Shown: in pieces, positions 28,078 to 38,383 of the stretch
How positions within the stretch are numbered: the first letter of the stretch is position 1
How the letters are laid out: every line of letters begins with the position of its first letter
Source of the DNA: a virus
DNA: 64,000 nucleotides
Reading direction: 5' to 3' (one strand)
IMG/VR virus record: IMGVR_UViG_2100351000_000014
Notes under the pieces: generated by a model
Told to the model about the DNA's origin: nothing
What the model saw: only the letters and a program-made list of their open reading frames with translations
The model's database searches: none
Made by a program: the position numbers and the translations under genes

Positions 28078-29013
28078 TTACGCCGGGGTAACAGTGACCG
28101 CCTTCTGCACAACGGCCACGCCGTTAGCATCATGGAGAAGTCCGGTAACAAAGACCGTGTACGGAACTCCAGTAAGAGTCGAGGAAGTAACAACCGCGAG
28201 AGTCGGCGTAGTGCTAGCCGATCCTGGGGTAAACGAGGTAAGGGGAATAAGCGTACCAGTCGAAGCAAGCGCGATTGCGACGTTAGCCGCGCTCGCATCC
28301 GCAACCGTAGTAGTCCCGCCGCCCGCCTTAGCGAAGGTGAGGGTAAAGGTCTTGGTAGAAATAACTCCAGCCCCAGAAGTAAGGGTGAAGGCTCCAAGGT
28401 CGACAGAGTTTGAAATCACAGGCTGATTAAACCAAGCCGAGACAATAGAGGCGGAAACATCGGTCGCATCGGTACGGATAACAGAGCGAATGTTATTCGT
28501 CGTGCTAGAAGTGAGTTTTGAGAACTCTGCGGCGAGCGTCATGTGCTGATAGTTGAGAGTATCTTTCTTGGTCTCGCCACCCTCTTGAGACTTAGAGAAC
28601 TTACCCTTGAACAGCCAGACATATCTATAAACCGCATTGCCACTACCATCATGCCCGGCAAGAAGCTGCTTATATCCGAATGCAACATAAGGGGCGGTGT
28701 CGAGAGAACCGTCAATTGTGATACCGTTAGCGCGAGACTGCCCAGTTATCTCTGCATAAGCAGCAGGATCAACGTCCTGAGCCTCAAGAGACACTTGCCA
28801 TTTACCAGTTGTCGTCGCAATAAACGAAGGGCCATCATCGCCCCAGTCAGTCGCTACCGTTCCGTTGGGATTTACGGTGAGTTTAGCGGTGGGGAAAAGA
28901 TTTTTCACAGTCCCATACGAAGGAGTCCCACCGATAACATCGGAGGACTCATCGAGCACTGAATACACAGCGCCAGAAATACCTATTGCCGGTCTAGAAT
29001 TAACAACTGCCAT
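28078..29013 (-). CDS. major tail protein (phi13-like) with C-terminal extension
   Basis: IGISGAVY...GDDG...APYVAFGYK...YVWLFKGKF...ETK.D. Confidence 0.9.
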   Translation of the reverse strand: MAVVNSRPAIGISGAVYSVLDESSDVIGGTPSYGTVKNLFPTAKLTVNPNGTVATDWGDDGPSFIATTTGKWQVSLEAQDVDPAAYAEITGQSRANGITIDGSLDTAPYVAFGYKQLLAGHDGSGNAVYRYVWLFKGKFSKSQEGGETKKDTLNYQHMTLAAEFSKLTSSTTNNIRSVIRTDATDVSASIVSAWFNQPVISNSVDLGAFTLTSGAGVISTKTFTLTFAKAGGGTTTVADASAANVAIALASTGTLIPLTSFTPGSASTTPTLAVVTSSTLTGVPYTVFVTGLLHDANGVAVVQKAVTVTPA

Positions 29014-29062
29014 AATTTAACCTTCCTTATAATTGATATGGAAATCTTTCCACTATCTACTT

Positions 29063-29096
29063 ATTATATATCACTCAAGACATAAAAATTGTACTA
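29063..29096 (-). promoter_or_regulatory. phage-specific promoter motif copy 3 (upstream of MTP)
   Basis: TAGTACAA-N15-TGATATATAAT. Confidence 0.7.
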
Positions 29097-29462
29097 GATG
29101 TCACCATTTACAAGCGGCCTACTAAATCTCATGCTTCTATGGCGTATTGAGGCGTCGGGGTCAGGGACTAAATTATTGTATTCACAAGACCACAAGACAT
29201 TCTTAAACGCATTACAAATTGCCATTGCTATCGGCGTAGGTGTATCATCCTTGATGAATATATCGACACTCACAACCGCATAACTTCCGACTGGCAAGTT
29301 ATCCACAAACTCAACATCCTTTTGTGAATCGTCGAAAATTACCGTAGGAAATACCGTAAATGCCTCGGGCCACGAAGAAAGTATTTGATCGGTGCTTACT
29401 AGCGCTGTTAGTGTCGAGTCATTTATAAGTAGATTGCGTGTGAATGTGCCAACGTCAAACAT
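29094..29462 (-). CDS. tail terminator / tail completion protein
   Basis: synteny; WPE..TVFPTVIF...VDIF...RHRSMRF. Confidence 0.7.
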   Translation of the reverse strand: MFDVGTFTRNLLINDSTLTALVSTDQILSSWPEAFTVFPTVIFDDSQKDVEFVDNLPVGSYAVVSVDIFIKDDTPTPIAMAICNAFKNVLWSCEYNNLVPDPDASIRHRSMRFSRPLVNGDI

Positions 29463-29918
29463 TTATGATTCTCCACCATCCGTACTAATCTCAACTTCCC
29501 GACCCTGAATTGCGCTAACTATCATCGAATGGATTTTCTCTCTGTTAACTTCTACCGAAGGTTTAAGCCATGGTCGTGGGGACATTTTACTAGTACCTGT
29601 TTCGAGATAACTACCATAAACTAGATTTGTGCCAACTCTTCCGACTACAGTTGAACCATCTTGCTCTACGTCATGCGTGATTGATTGCCTAAGCGCTCCA
29701 GTATCAACCGCAGGATATGCGCCTTCTTGTGACGCATAATGTGTCTTCCTACCGCCTTGCCTCGAATATGCTTTCTCTGGGTCTGTTTCGGTATCGGTCA
29801 TCCCACGCTTTGCAGTGGTCTCTACTAGGTAACAGGCATTAGTCACCGATCTACCTAAATTAGAATGTACCATCGCAGAACGGCGGCGCATCTCATCTTG
29901 GAAATCCTTTACGTCCAT
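29463..29918 (-). CDS. HK97 gp10-like tail completion protein
   Basis: PAVDTGALRQSI...VGTNLVYGSYLETGTSKMSPRPWLKPS. Confidence 0.85.
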   Translation of the reverse strand: MDVKDFQDEMRRRSAMVHSNLGRSVTNACYLVETTAKRGMTDTETDPEKAYSRQGGRKTHYASQEGAYPAVDTGALRQSITHDVEQDGSTVVGRVGTNLVYGSYLETGTSKMSPRPWLKPSVEVNREKIHSMIVSAIQGREVEISTDGGES

Positions 29919-29919
29919 T

Positions 29920-30309
29920 TTATTGTCCTGCCACCGGAACTAGTATATACTCCAAATGCGATGGCCATTCATTTCGAGCCCTTATATCGTACACTGTCCC
30001 ATAATCAACTCGCGCTCGATTTCCTATTACAAAATACGGGCTACCAATAAAATCATAAACAGCTTTCGCATCTTGCGATAATGTACTAATTCCCCATTGT
30101 TTTAGTTGCGCCTCGCTTAGAGACTTTGGTTGTACGTCCATCGTCATTACAACATCTGCACCATCATACCAAATTAGATTATCATTCCAAACTTGAGAAT
30201 CGTCCCATACACCGCCACAGAATCCTTGATACTGCCATACTTTTTTAAGTGTACCATCTGAGGTTATAACTGGACTTTGTATGTATATCTCTACGGTCGA
30301 ATTAAGCAT
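29920..30309 (-). CDS. head closure / head-tail adaptor
   Basis: synteny, size. Confidence 0.55.
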   Translation of the reverse strand: MLNSTVEIYIQSPVITSDGTLKKVWQYQGFCGGVWDDSQVWNDNLIWYDGADVVMTMDVQPKSLSEAQLKQWGISTLSQDAKAVYDFIGSPYFVIGNRARVDYGTVYDIRARNEWPSHLEYILVPVAGQ

Positions 30310-30313
30310 TTAA

Positions 30314-30541
30314 TTAGCTCCAGGCAACAAAAGCTAGAGGCGCGCGTACCCAAGTATTAGTAGCTGTGCAGATATAAATATAAGTCGTATCAATTGCGAC
30401 TTGCCCAACTACTCCGCTTGCGGTGGCACTAGCCGGTGCTGATACCAATTCAGTTTTTCCATTCAACGAAGAAAAGTTCGCATTGAGTTTAGACCTAACT
30501 GATGAAAGAGTTTCGCCATTGTTTATTGTGCTTATTGTCAT
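30314..30541 (-). CDS. small structural/fibre-like protein
   Basis: SVRSKLNANF and PASATASGVVGQVAIDTTYIYICTATNTWVR segments typical of virion fibres. Confidence 0.55.
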   Translation of the reverse strand: MTISTINNGETLSSVRSKLNANFSSLNGKTELVSAPASATASGVVGQVAIDTTYIYICTATNTWVRAPLAFVAWS

Positions 30542-30679
30542 TTTGCTATCCTTCTAAAAGAAGCCCGTTTCGCTCCGTGACGAGGAGGAGGCACTGGACA
30601 CCACGAAACTAGCGGGCGGGTAAACATGATTTTGAAATACTCTTAACTATTTTATAAATGGGATTAACCCAATGCCTTC

Positions 30680-31546
30680 CTAGTTCAGTTGAACCGCTAG
30701 AGACATAATAGGAGCGCTCATAGCCTTTACATAAAAAATATCAGCGTTGCTAGAAGCTCTCAAAAAAAGATTATTCTGGAATGAATCAATTTTGTTAAGT
30801 CTTATCGCCTTATTATCGGCGCATCCACCCGTTCCCGTTGTTGAATGATCGATTAAAACGAGTCCACTATCTACAAGGAAGCATACTCCATTCTGCCCTG
30901 CGGAAGTTATAGCAGTCCATGCAGTATTTGAAGCAGAATACAAACTAGTAGTGGTGGCCGGGCTAGAAACTGGAAGCTCATACCAAACGAGGCCCATTAC
31001 AAAATCGATAGCAGAACCGTAGTTGTTTGTAATTTCAACGCATATTTTAGTCCCAGGTTGAAGCATAATCGGAGAAGTTGCGCTAGCCGCTCCCGATCTA
31101 TTAACCTGTTGCTCATTACCGGTAGCGCCTAGGACATATTCGCGAAGATCGGTTCCTGGTGTATCGGTAGAAGTAATCCCATACTTTACAACAGACGAAG
31201 CAGTGATTGTATTAGTTGTAAGATAGTTTAATTTATTCGAGTCCCATGCGGTTCCGCCTGTGTACGTTGTGATTTTGTATGTTCGCACAAGTACTGGCCC
31301 GCCAGTGGCCGCAAAGACGAGTGGCAAGGTAAATACTAATGAAGTGGAAGTAACTGCCGTGGTATCGAAAACTAATTTTGTTACACTAGCGGCAGCTAAA
31401 GCGGCAAGCCTTCTCTGAACATTGAAACCATATCCTCTTATAATATAATCATCTGCGTATCCGGTTGTCAAAACAGCATCGCCACTAGCAGATTTTTGTC
31501 TAAGCTCTTGTTCAAAAGGATAGTTGCTTATCATGCGGCACCCCAT
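30680..31546 (-). CDS. Thr/Ser-rich beta-type putative virion protein
   Basis: in the head-tail joining region. Confidence 0.55.
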   Translation of the reverse strand: MGCRMISNYPFEQELRQKSASGDAVLTTGYADDYIIRGYGFNVQRRLAALAAASVTKLVFDTTAVTSTSLVFTLPLVFAATGGPVLVRTYKITTYTGGTAWDSNKLNYLTTNTITASSVVKYGITSTDTPGTDLREYVLGATGNEQQVNRSGAASATSPIMLQPGTKICVEITNNYGSAIDFVMGLVWYELPVSSPATTTSLYSASNTAWTAITSAGQNGVCFLVDSGLVLIDHSTTGTGGCADNKAIRLNKIDSFQNNLFLRASSNADIFYVKAMSAPIMSLAVQLN

Positions 31547-32205
31547 CTGCGATATGCATTAAGCACAGCGCAAGTATCGTCAGTTAATCCAGCGCTAGAT
31601 AATCCAGCCAGTTGGCTGTTACTGGACTTGCCCCATCCCCAAGAAATACCGCCCTCGCTATACGAAGTAAGCCCCTCGGATCTTGCCGTTGCGCGTCTGT
31701 ATTTTGAAATTGTCTCTTGCATACAAGCCGAGGAAATGGCATAAGGCAAAGAAGTGTCCGAACCTTTTACATAAAGAACATCATCGGGGAAATACCATCC
31801 GGCCTCATACGAAACTACTATATCGCGCTTCCCGCCCACCGGGTCATATGTCATGTTTCGCGTAAAGTAATTCCCGCACCAACCTACTCCTCTGTACAAT
31901 CTACCTGCCTTTGCATCGCATGGATTATATTGATAATTGTCATCATTCGTTCCAAATGCAATTGTCACTCCCGCAATAGTAACCGCGCTCACCGACTGGA
32001 TGGGCGCGGCATTGAGATACACTAATTGGTTATTGTTGATCTCGTGTCTCTCGTTGGCATAGGTTGAACGCTTGGCTTGGTACCCCAAATAGGTATTCAT
32101 TTGCTCTGATACAGTGTCAATAAACAACTGTATTTTAGCATCTTGAGTCGTGTCGGTGAGTCCGAGCCACGTTTTTACGTCAACGAGAGAACACATTCCG
32201 CTCAT
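31531..32205 (-). CDS. head-tail connector (gp6/gp15-like adaptor)
   Basis: SLVDVKTWLGL...D..IQ.FID...YEAGW...P.AI..AC...TSYSEGGIS. Confidence 0.75.
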   Translation of the reverse strand: MSGMCSLVDVKTWLGLTDTTQDAKIQLFIDTVSEQMNTYLGYQAKRSTYANERHEINNNQLVYLNAAPIQSVSAVTIAGVTIAFGTNDDNYQYNPCDAKAGRLYRGVGWCGNYFTRNMTYDPVGGKRDIVVSYEAGWYFPDDVLYVKGSDTSLPYAISSACMQETISKYRRATARSEGLTSYSEGGISWGWGKSSNSQLAGLSSAGLTDDTCAVLNAYRRWGAA

Positions 32206-32211
32206 TGCAGT

Positions 32212-32628
32212 TTACGCCTTAGCGAGGGGGACAACTGCGGTGCCAGAGGCGGGGTCAACGGCGGCATCTCCAAGGAGAATGTCAACGTCGAAAGTCACCG
32301 ACGTAGCGGTACTAGGAGTGACGGTCGCCTTGAAATACTTATTGAAGCCATCAAGCCTCACCTGATACACCGTCTGGCCAACTGCGGTCGTATCAATAAC
32401 CACGGGAGTGGCATTGAGAGTGACAGCAGTCGCTGGCGAGGACGTAGCACCATCGTAGAGCTTGAGCGTAAGCCCGTTGCCGGACGAAACGCCATTCTTC
32501 ACAATTACGAGAGCCGAGCCATAGCCAGTCCGGTCAACTGCGGCGGTAGAGGTCTCGGTCGTTGCGGTAAGCGTAGTCGAGGCAAGCCCGTACACGCTCT
32601 TAATCCTATCAAGAAGGAAGGTAATCAT
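32212..32628 (-). CDS. head decoration / cement protein
   Basis: 138-aa beta-rich protein directly after MCP. Confidence 0.55.
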   Translation of the reverse strand: MITFLLDRIKSVYGLASTTLTATTETSTAAVDRTGYGSALVIVKNGVSSGNGLTLKLYDGATSSPATAVTLNATPVVIDTTAVGQTVYQVRLDGFNKYFKATVTPSTATSVTFDVDILLGDAAVDPASGTAVVPLAKA

Positions 32629-32701
32629 TTTCTTTATTCTCCTTTAGTCTTTTGTAAAATAGAGCCGCCGTTATTGACGGCCCTATTATTAGTTAGTTCT
32701 A

Positions 32702-34015
32702 TCAGCTACCCTTGGAAACGAAAGCCTCGATGAACGACACAGGGTGACGAACATTGAAGTCCTGCTCGGTGATGAGTCTGATGAGAGTCTCGTCCCTCTG
32801 GAAAGCAGAAACCGTGGTACCAGCGGAATTGACGTAGGAACCCTCACGGGAAACGTCAATCGAAATATCATAGCTCACGCCCCAAACAAGTTCGGAGAAA
32901 TCAGCGAGCCAGATATTCGCCCAGGTGGGAGAAGCGCCGCTGTTCTTAATCGTCGCGCTGGAAACGAAAGGATAACCATTGAGGGTCTTGGTCATGTTCA
33001 TCTCGTTCGCCCAAGCGAAGGGGCCGGAGCTGAACGCCTTGCCCATGAGCCATCCCTTGGCAACTGGGTTCATAATCCAAGCGACATTCTCCATCGGCAC
33101 GTTAGCCTGCTCGAGTAGAGCCATCATGTCAATCGGGAACTGGGGAGTAAGAGCGGTCGCAGAGCCGGAAGAGCCGGAAGTCTGAATACCAGAAATGTTC
33201 TCAAGGCCCTGAGGCTGGTACTGATTGCCGAGACCATAGAAAAGAGCGTTATCAATTGCGACGGTCGCGATTCTCTGGAGGTCTTTGGAAATCAGGCCAT
33301 CAATACCAATTGCATTCTGCCTAAGCAGAGAATTGGAAAGAGGAACGATTGCCGTGCCCTTCTTAGCATTGAGGGTAATATCGCCAAGCGTAGGCTGTGT
33401 GCCGTTGCCAGTGGGAGTCTCTCCGCCCCAAGAGAAAGAACTAGTTGCATCGACCCTAGCGAGCCTCATGCTACCGTTAACCATCGGGTACTTGCGAGCG
33501 CCCGCCCTATCAAGAATCGTCTTATTGTAAAGATACTCAATATAATCGGGAAGAAGAATCTGAGGAATACCATAGCCACCGGCAGACGGCACGTTAGCCG
33601 TCATATCCTTCTGCATAATCGCATGAAGAGCCTTGTCCTCGGGGAACATCTTCTTCGCATAGTCGAAGGCAAGCTGCTTATCGACAAGGTGCATCTGGTT
33701 AGTCTCTTTAAGAGCAAACGCGCCAGCTGCCGCAATCTTAGCAACCATAGAAGGAGCATTGATAGCAACGTCACCATTAGCCTTAGTCTGCCCCATGTCG
33801 CGAAGAGCTTCCCACTGAGCAGACGCGGAGCTAATCTTCTTGTCAACCGTCTCTTGGAGCGACTTAATCTGCCCCTCAAGCTCGGCAATTTTCTCTGCGC
33901 CACCGCCAGCCTTTTTAATCTCGTCAATCTGAGACTGGATAGGCTCGATGCTTTTCTTGACGCCCTCCGTAACGGCGGCAGTCAGTTTCTCAACGGTCAT
34001 TTCAAGTTCAGCCAT
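32702..34015 (-). CDS. major capsid protein, HK97 fold
   Basis: N-terminal coiled-coil delta domain; GGYGIPQ, W.GE, L.AKK, LNGYPFV.S, FQRDETLIR. Confidence 0.95.
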   Translation of the reverse strand: MAELEMTVEKLTAAVTEGVKKSIEPIQSQIDEIKKAGGGAEKIAELEGQIKSLQETVDKKISSASAQWEALRDMGQTKANGDVAINAPSMVAKIAAAGAFALKETNQMHLVDKQLAFDYAKKMFPEDKALHAIMQKDMTANVPSAGGYGIPQILLPDYIEYLYNKTILDRAGARKYPMVNGSMRLARVDATSSFSWGGETPTGNGTQPTLGDITLNAKKGTAIVPLSNSLLRQNAIGIDGLISKDLQRIATVAIDNALFYGLGNQYQPQGLENISGIQTSGSSGSATALTPQFPIDMMALLEQANVPMENVAWIMNPVAKGWLMGKAFSSGPFAWANEMNMTKTLNGYPFVSSATIKNSGASPTWANIWLADFSELVWGVSYDISIDVSREGSYVNSAGTTVSAFQRDETLIRLITEQDFNVRHPVSFIEAFVSKGS

Positions 34016-34069
34016 TTTCTGTTCTCTCCTAATTAGTTCTATTTGATTTTACACCGCGCCGATTGTTCT

Positions 34070-35398
34070 TCAACCGACTATTTTAATGATGGTAGCCGTA
34101 TCGGCCTTCTCACCACATTTACCCTCATCGACTTCCGGCTCCGTTTCTTCCGTAGCTTCTCCATCTTTAAGAGATTGTATCAATTGCACCATCTCATCCC
34201 TTGCGGAAGATAGTGTCTTTTGAACATCGTCAATCGAGGCCATAACCTTGTCGAAGTCGGCAAGTTTAGCCGCGATACCATCGAGCCTGGAAAGCGTATC
34301 AGCGGAAAGCCTGCGACCCGCCTTTTGCTCAATAGGCTTTGATTCCTTCGTCTCGACTTCAATTCCGAGCGCCTTAGCCTGTTCAACCCAAGCGGCCTTG
34401 TCCTCGGGCCATGTCAAATCCCATTCGGCATAATGTTTCTTCAAATGTGCCTTGACGCCATCGATATCTTTCTCTGGCAGTTTGACCCCGCCGCGCGCGC
34501 CAAGAATTGCGCCAGCCGCCGCAACGACACCAGCCTTGACCGTCTTATATCCATCGGATTTAGAGAGATGGTGAGGGAGCTTGAAATCACCCTTTACAAG
34601 ATCGGCTTCATCTTTGTCCGCTTTATAGGCACAGATTATGGCAAGATCGACAATGTCACTATCAGCGATGACCTTAGGGCCGTCCCATTCGGTATCTTCG
34701 TCGGCGAGGGCATAGTGCTTAAATGGGATAGCGGATTTGCTAGTTTCGTTAAAAGACTTGGTAACAAAATCAACAATGGCCTTTTCCATCCCAGGAGCGG
34801 AACTAAGCTGGACAAGAGCATGGGCGTTCGCCGGGACTGGCACGGCCGACACTTCCATAAGGTTCGATTGCGTAACACGCTTACCACGTGCATAGTCTGG
34901 AGTACCAGCAGGATAGTCCTGTCTCATTTCAGACTTTAAATACTGGCAACCCACCGAAACAGCGTTAAGTACGCCGAGCTTATACATATTAAAAATAGTA
35001 TCCACAGTCTTTGCATGTTCGCTAACTTCACCACTAGGGCAAAGTTCTTTAATAGTAGGGAAATGGGCTACCGCAAGAAGCCTATGAGGTACACTTCTAA
35101 GGTCTTTATTGATACTTGTAAATTTAGCAATCGGAAGTTTGTCATATTCGTGGAAACAAAGCATAACAGGGTTATACATAAACTCTGCTGTCTGCCAACC
35201 CTGAACTTCTATAATATCACCGTCCCTATCTTCGCTTTCGTCTGAGATAACGAAGGTAAGATCGCGGGAATCGGCAGGGCCTTCTTGCTTGATAACGGTC
35301 GAATAGATTTTCTTAGTTAGTTCCATTGTGAATCCTCTTGTCTCACGACAGTGGTTTGATTCTAATTCATAAGGGTTTTTCGGTATATCTCTCGACAT
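34070..35398 (-). CDS. HK97-type prohead protease with C-terminal extension
   Basis: DRDGDII, NPVMLCFH, LNAVSVG, EVSAVPVPAN; extra domain FKLPHH...GARGG...HLKKHY. Confidence 0.9.
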   Translation of the reverse strand: MSRDIPKNPYELESNHCRETRGFTMELTKKIYSTVIKQEGPADSRDLTFVISDESEDRDGDIIEVQGWQTAEFMYNPVMLCFHEYDKLPIAKFTSINKDLRSVPHRLLAVAHFPTIKELCPSGEVSEHAKTVDTIFNMYKLGVLNAVSVGCQYLKSEMRQDYPAGTPDYARGKRVTQSNLMEVSAVPVPANAHALVQLSSAPGMEKAIVDFVTKSFNETSKSAIPFKHYALADEDTEWDGPKVIADSDIVDLAIICAYKADKDEADLVKGDFKLPHHLSKSDGYKTVKAGVVAAAGAILGARGGVKLPEKDIDGVKAHLKKHYAEWDLTWPEDKAAWVEQAKALGIEVETKESKPIEQKAGRRLSADTLSRLDGIAAKLADFDKVMASIDDVQKTLSSARDEMVQLIQSLKDGEATEETEPEVDEGKCGEKADTATIIKIVG

Positions 35399-35420
35399 TC
35401 CTACTCAATACCCTCTACTA

Positions 35421-35454
35421 TATATATATCACTGTACCTCGAAAAATTGTACTA
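35421..35454 (-). promoter_or_regulatory. phage-specific promoter motif copy 4 (upstream of protease/MCP)
   Basis: TAGTACAA-N15-TGATATATATA. Confidence 0.7.
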
Positions 35455-35469
35455 CATTCGCCGGAATGG

Positions 35470-37809
35470 TTAATCTTCGGCCATATCATCCGTCAACCAC
35501 AGGCAAGTACACCTACAGTTCACACAATTCCCAGCGTCACCGGCGGGGTCTAATGGGTATTGCATGGGCTGTCCCGTCATAACGAACGGCTCATCAATTT
35601 CTACCGTCTCGCCATCGCAATTTATATGATCGAACTCGTCATCTGGGTCACTACCACGTGTACGTTCGTCGATCTGGGATAGCCACTGCTTGTGCGTCAT
35701 CCCGTCCGCTCTCGCTCCCATTAGGCCTCCTGCATTCATGGCGCCGGCGCTTTCTGTTCGAGCGATCATTTTTGCTCTGACCGCATCCATTTCGTCGTAA
35801 ACATTCTCGCAAATATCAAGTATGCTATTCTTAATTGTGTTTAGATTATCGCCATTGCTTATTCCTTCACTGATAGCATCTTGTAGTTTCTTGCGTAGCT
35901 TATCATTGGTCGTGTCGTTAATTCCTTCGGCCTTCAACAACCCGACAGACTCAATATATTCATTGACAAGTTTATTTTTAACCGAAAAAGAAGGGTCTAC
36001 TCTAGGGGCCTTTATTGCCTTACTTTTATTAGCTCCTATCATTTCGTGCGCATGATCTATTCCAGCTTCAAGAGTATCAGTCCATGCCGGTGCCAATGCC
36101 GATTTCAAAGCCTTATTCGCACTATCATTAAACACTGATTTCAGGGCCGATTCTATTTCAGTAACATAGGCCCCACCGCTTGAGATTGCAGTATCTAGCT
36201 TCTTAGAGTCCAGAGCGTCTATTACCCTTTTCTTTTGGCTTGCCGAATATCGCTTGACCGCTTGGATAAACTCGGCCTCTTTTGAAGTGGCCTTAGAATC
36301 AAAGGCTTTCCATATTGCAATACGGCGAGAATCGTCTTTCTTTCCCGCCTTATCTGATACTATCTTAATTGTAGTTTGATTATCACAATTGATAGAGTCA
36401 ACGACAGACTTTGACACTATGCGAATAATGGCCTTAGCGGTATCATCTTTAGGGGCTTCCATATTCGGGTCTTCAGTTGGCTTGTCTTCAGTTTCTCCCG
36501 TAGGGTTGCCCTCGGGAGTAGTTGGGTTGCTAGGTGGCATCTCTTCCGGCTCGCTTCTACCATCGGCTGGTACTTCGTACTGTGCGAACGTGCGAAGAAA
36601 TACCTTGCCTTTATTATTCGGAAGCTCGGGAAGATCGAACGCCTTGCGCCACTCGTCAATCTGTACAACTCCACCGGCTAGACCGGCATTCATAGTGCTA
36701 AGTTTTCTGTCTTCGTCCTCGGGAATATCGGGGTCAAACTTAAAGACCAATCCCTTATCGTATTCAGTTGCAACTAATTGCCTTGTAATCGCGCGCTCAA
36801 TGAATCCATACTCGTAACAAAGGACGTTTCGATTATAAAGATAAAAGGCGCTATCTATCGTGGCCCTATTGCTATTCTCTATTCTCCCTAAAATTTCCGG
36901 GGGAATCTGATAGTGTTCACTGGACATATCGCGGATAAACTTTCGTGACTCTATCATGTCCAATTCGACCGGGGACATTGCCAACGTTTGTATTTTAGCA
37001 TCAAAGCCAAGGATTCCGGGCTCGCGTCTGTGCCCCATCCCGCCTAGTTTTTGAAGCCACGACTGCTTAAAAGCATCCGCCGCATCCTTGGGCATACCTG
37101 GAGCAGTTATAATATAAGGAGGAGTTGCATCATTGTATGCAAAATTACTTTGCATATTGGCCATGTTTTCATCGGCGATAAACTCTTGCTCTAGAGGCTC
37201 GCTGTCTCCGCGCCCGCGCCCGTATGGGTCTGAAAGGTTGGGACGGCGAAAAACTATCATGTCATCGGGTGATACAGTTAAAGCTCTCGCGGAAGTCGAA
37301 CCATATGGATATACCAAATAATAAGGGTTTCCCATGGTCGGGGTCATCTGCACCCATGCCGGGGGAATAATGTCTAGCTCAATTACTTTGTTTGTATGTT
37401 CGTCGCGAACCTTTAGAAGGAAACATTCGCCGACTAGTTTAGTAAGGGCTTCGACGGTGTAGAAAAGGAAATAGCTATCCATTTCAGGGTAGCGCGTAAT
37501 TGGATTTTCAAGAAGGTCGAGAACATCATGATCGTATATGGGCTTTGCGGCGTCCCCATTTTGTCGATAGTCAATTTTATTAAAGACCTGATACGGCGTA
37601 GAAGCAACCGCTCTCGCTATAGCGGCGACTCCTGATAATCGAGGGTTTTTATGAAATAGCTCGGGGAGGTCGGAAGTATCTCGGCGGGGAGGCTTGCTCC
37701 AAACACGTTGAATGGCCTGATTAACAGTATCCCATCCCCCGCCTAGCTGATTTCTGCTTTTAATTATATTACTAAATAGTCCCATTGCAATCTCGTCTTT
37801 CTGTCTCAC
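35470..37809 (-). CDS. HK97-family portal protein fused to a MuF (gpF) head morphogenesis domain
   Basis: portal motifs (DPYGRGRG, ELDMIESRK, YQIPPEILG..E.SNRA); C-terminal RAKMIARTES...KQWLS..D.RTR...H...CVNCRC. Confidence 0.9.
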   Translation of the reverse strand: MRQKDEIAMGLFSNIIKSRNQLGGGWDTVNQAIQRVWSKPPRRDTSDLPELFHKNPRLSGVAAIARAVASTPYQVFNKIDYRQNGDAAKPIYDHDVLDLLENPITRYPEMDSYFLFYTVEALTKLVGECFLLKVRDEHTNKVIELDIIPPAWVQMTPTMGNPYYLVYPYGSTSARALTVSPDDMIVFRRPNLSDPYGRGRGDSEPLEQEFIADENMANMQSNFAYNDATPPYIITAPGMPKDAADAFKQSWLQKLGGMGHRREPGILGFDAKIQTLAMSPVELDMIESRKFIRDMSSEHYQIPPEILGRIENSNRATIDSAFYLYNRNVLCYEYGFIERAITRQLVATEYDKGLVFKFDPDIPEDEDRKLSTMNAGLAGGVVQIDEWRKAFDLPELPNNKGKVFLRTFAQYEVPADGRSEPEEMPPSNPTTPEGNPTGETEDKPTEDPNMEAPKDDTAKAIIRIVSKSVVDSINCDNQTTIKIVSDKAGKKDDSRRIAIWKAFDSKATSKEAEFIQAVKRYSASQKKRVIDALDSKKLDTAISSGGAYVTEIESALKSVFNDSANKALKSALAPAWTDTLEAGIDHAHEMIGANKSKAIKAPRVDPSFSVKNKLVNEYIESVGLLKAEGINDTTNDKLRKKLQDAISEGISNGDNLNTIKNSILDICENVYDEMDAVRAKMIARTESAGAMNAGGLMGARADGMTHKQWLSQIDERTRGSDPDDEFDHINCDGETVEIDEPFVMTGQPMQYPLDPAGDAGNCVNCRCTCLWLTDDMAED

Positions 37810-37831
37810 GACAGGAGTATATCTAGATAAT

Positions 37832-37858
37832 AAAGCGGCCTACTAGATAGACCGCCTA
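37832..37858 (-). terminator. hairpin/terminator after ferritin
   Basis: GGCGGTCTA-TCTAG-TAGGCCGC TTT. Confidence 0.5.
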
Positions 37859-37866
37859 TTGGTTGC

Positions 37867-38371
37867 TTACTTTACAAAAGTTTCCAGAACCCAAACGTCA
37901 ATGTCGTGATTGCGAGAGGGGCTCGCGGGGAAGTTCCGATACCTGTCAAGAATGGTAGAATATTCGCGCTCTTCGTCAAGCTGAATTGCGATCATATTTG
38001 AAGCCCAGTTCATAGCCATAACATCGTTTTCGGCAAGCGCCGCGATATAGATAGCCGTAAGAGCCTGGGTAGTATCATACTCAACGGCCTGGGCAGTCTC
38101 GAATAGGTTAATAAGATCGAACCAATTGTTAGGCTCATCGAAATTGATCGGCTGGATAGTGGCCATAGCGCTACGATCATTGATAAACTCTAGCACCTTT
38201 TGGGCGTGCTCGCGTTCCCCGTTGGCCTCTTGGTGATAGAAGGCCGCGCATCCGTTGTACCCGTTAAAGTCGCACCAATTGGCCCTCTGGTCGTATCGGA
38301 GGGTCGTTGTAAGTCTCATGCGCATATTGCAGATTGAAAAGATTTAGCATATTCTCGGACATTGTGCCCAT
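37867..38371 (-). CDS. non-haem ferritin (FtnA-like); 1-nt insertion at about 38304
   Basis: AGGAG RBS plus ATG at 38371; repaired protein MGTMSENMLNLFNLQYAHETYNALRY..W...GEREHA...VE...QLDEE matches the ferritin ferroxidase pattern. Confidence 0.8.
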
Positions 38372-38383
38372 TTTATTGGCTCC

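Noticed and set aside
30560-30620. Hammerhead-like words (TGACGAG ... CGAAAC) on the plus strand
   Set aside because: C3 is missing, there is no stem I, and CGAAAC simply pairs with GTTTCG; this is also the non-coding strand
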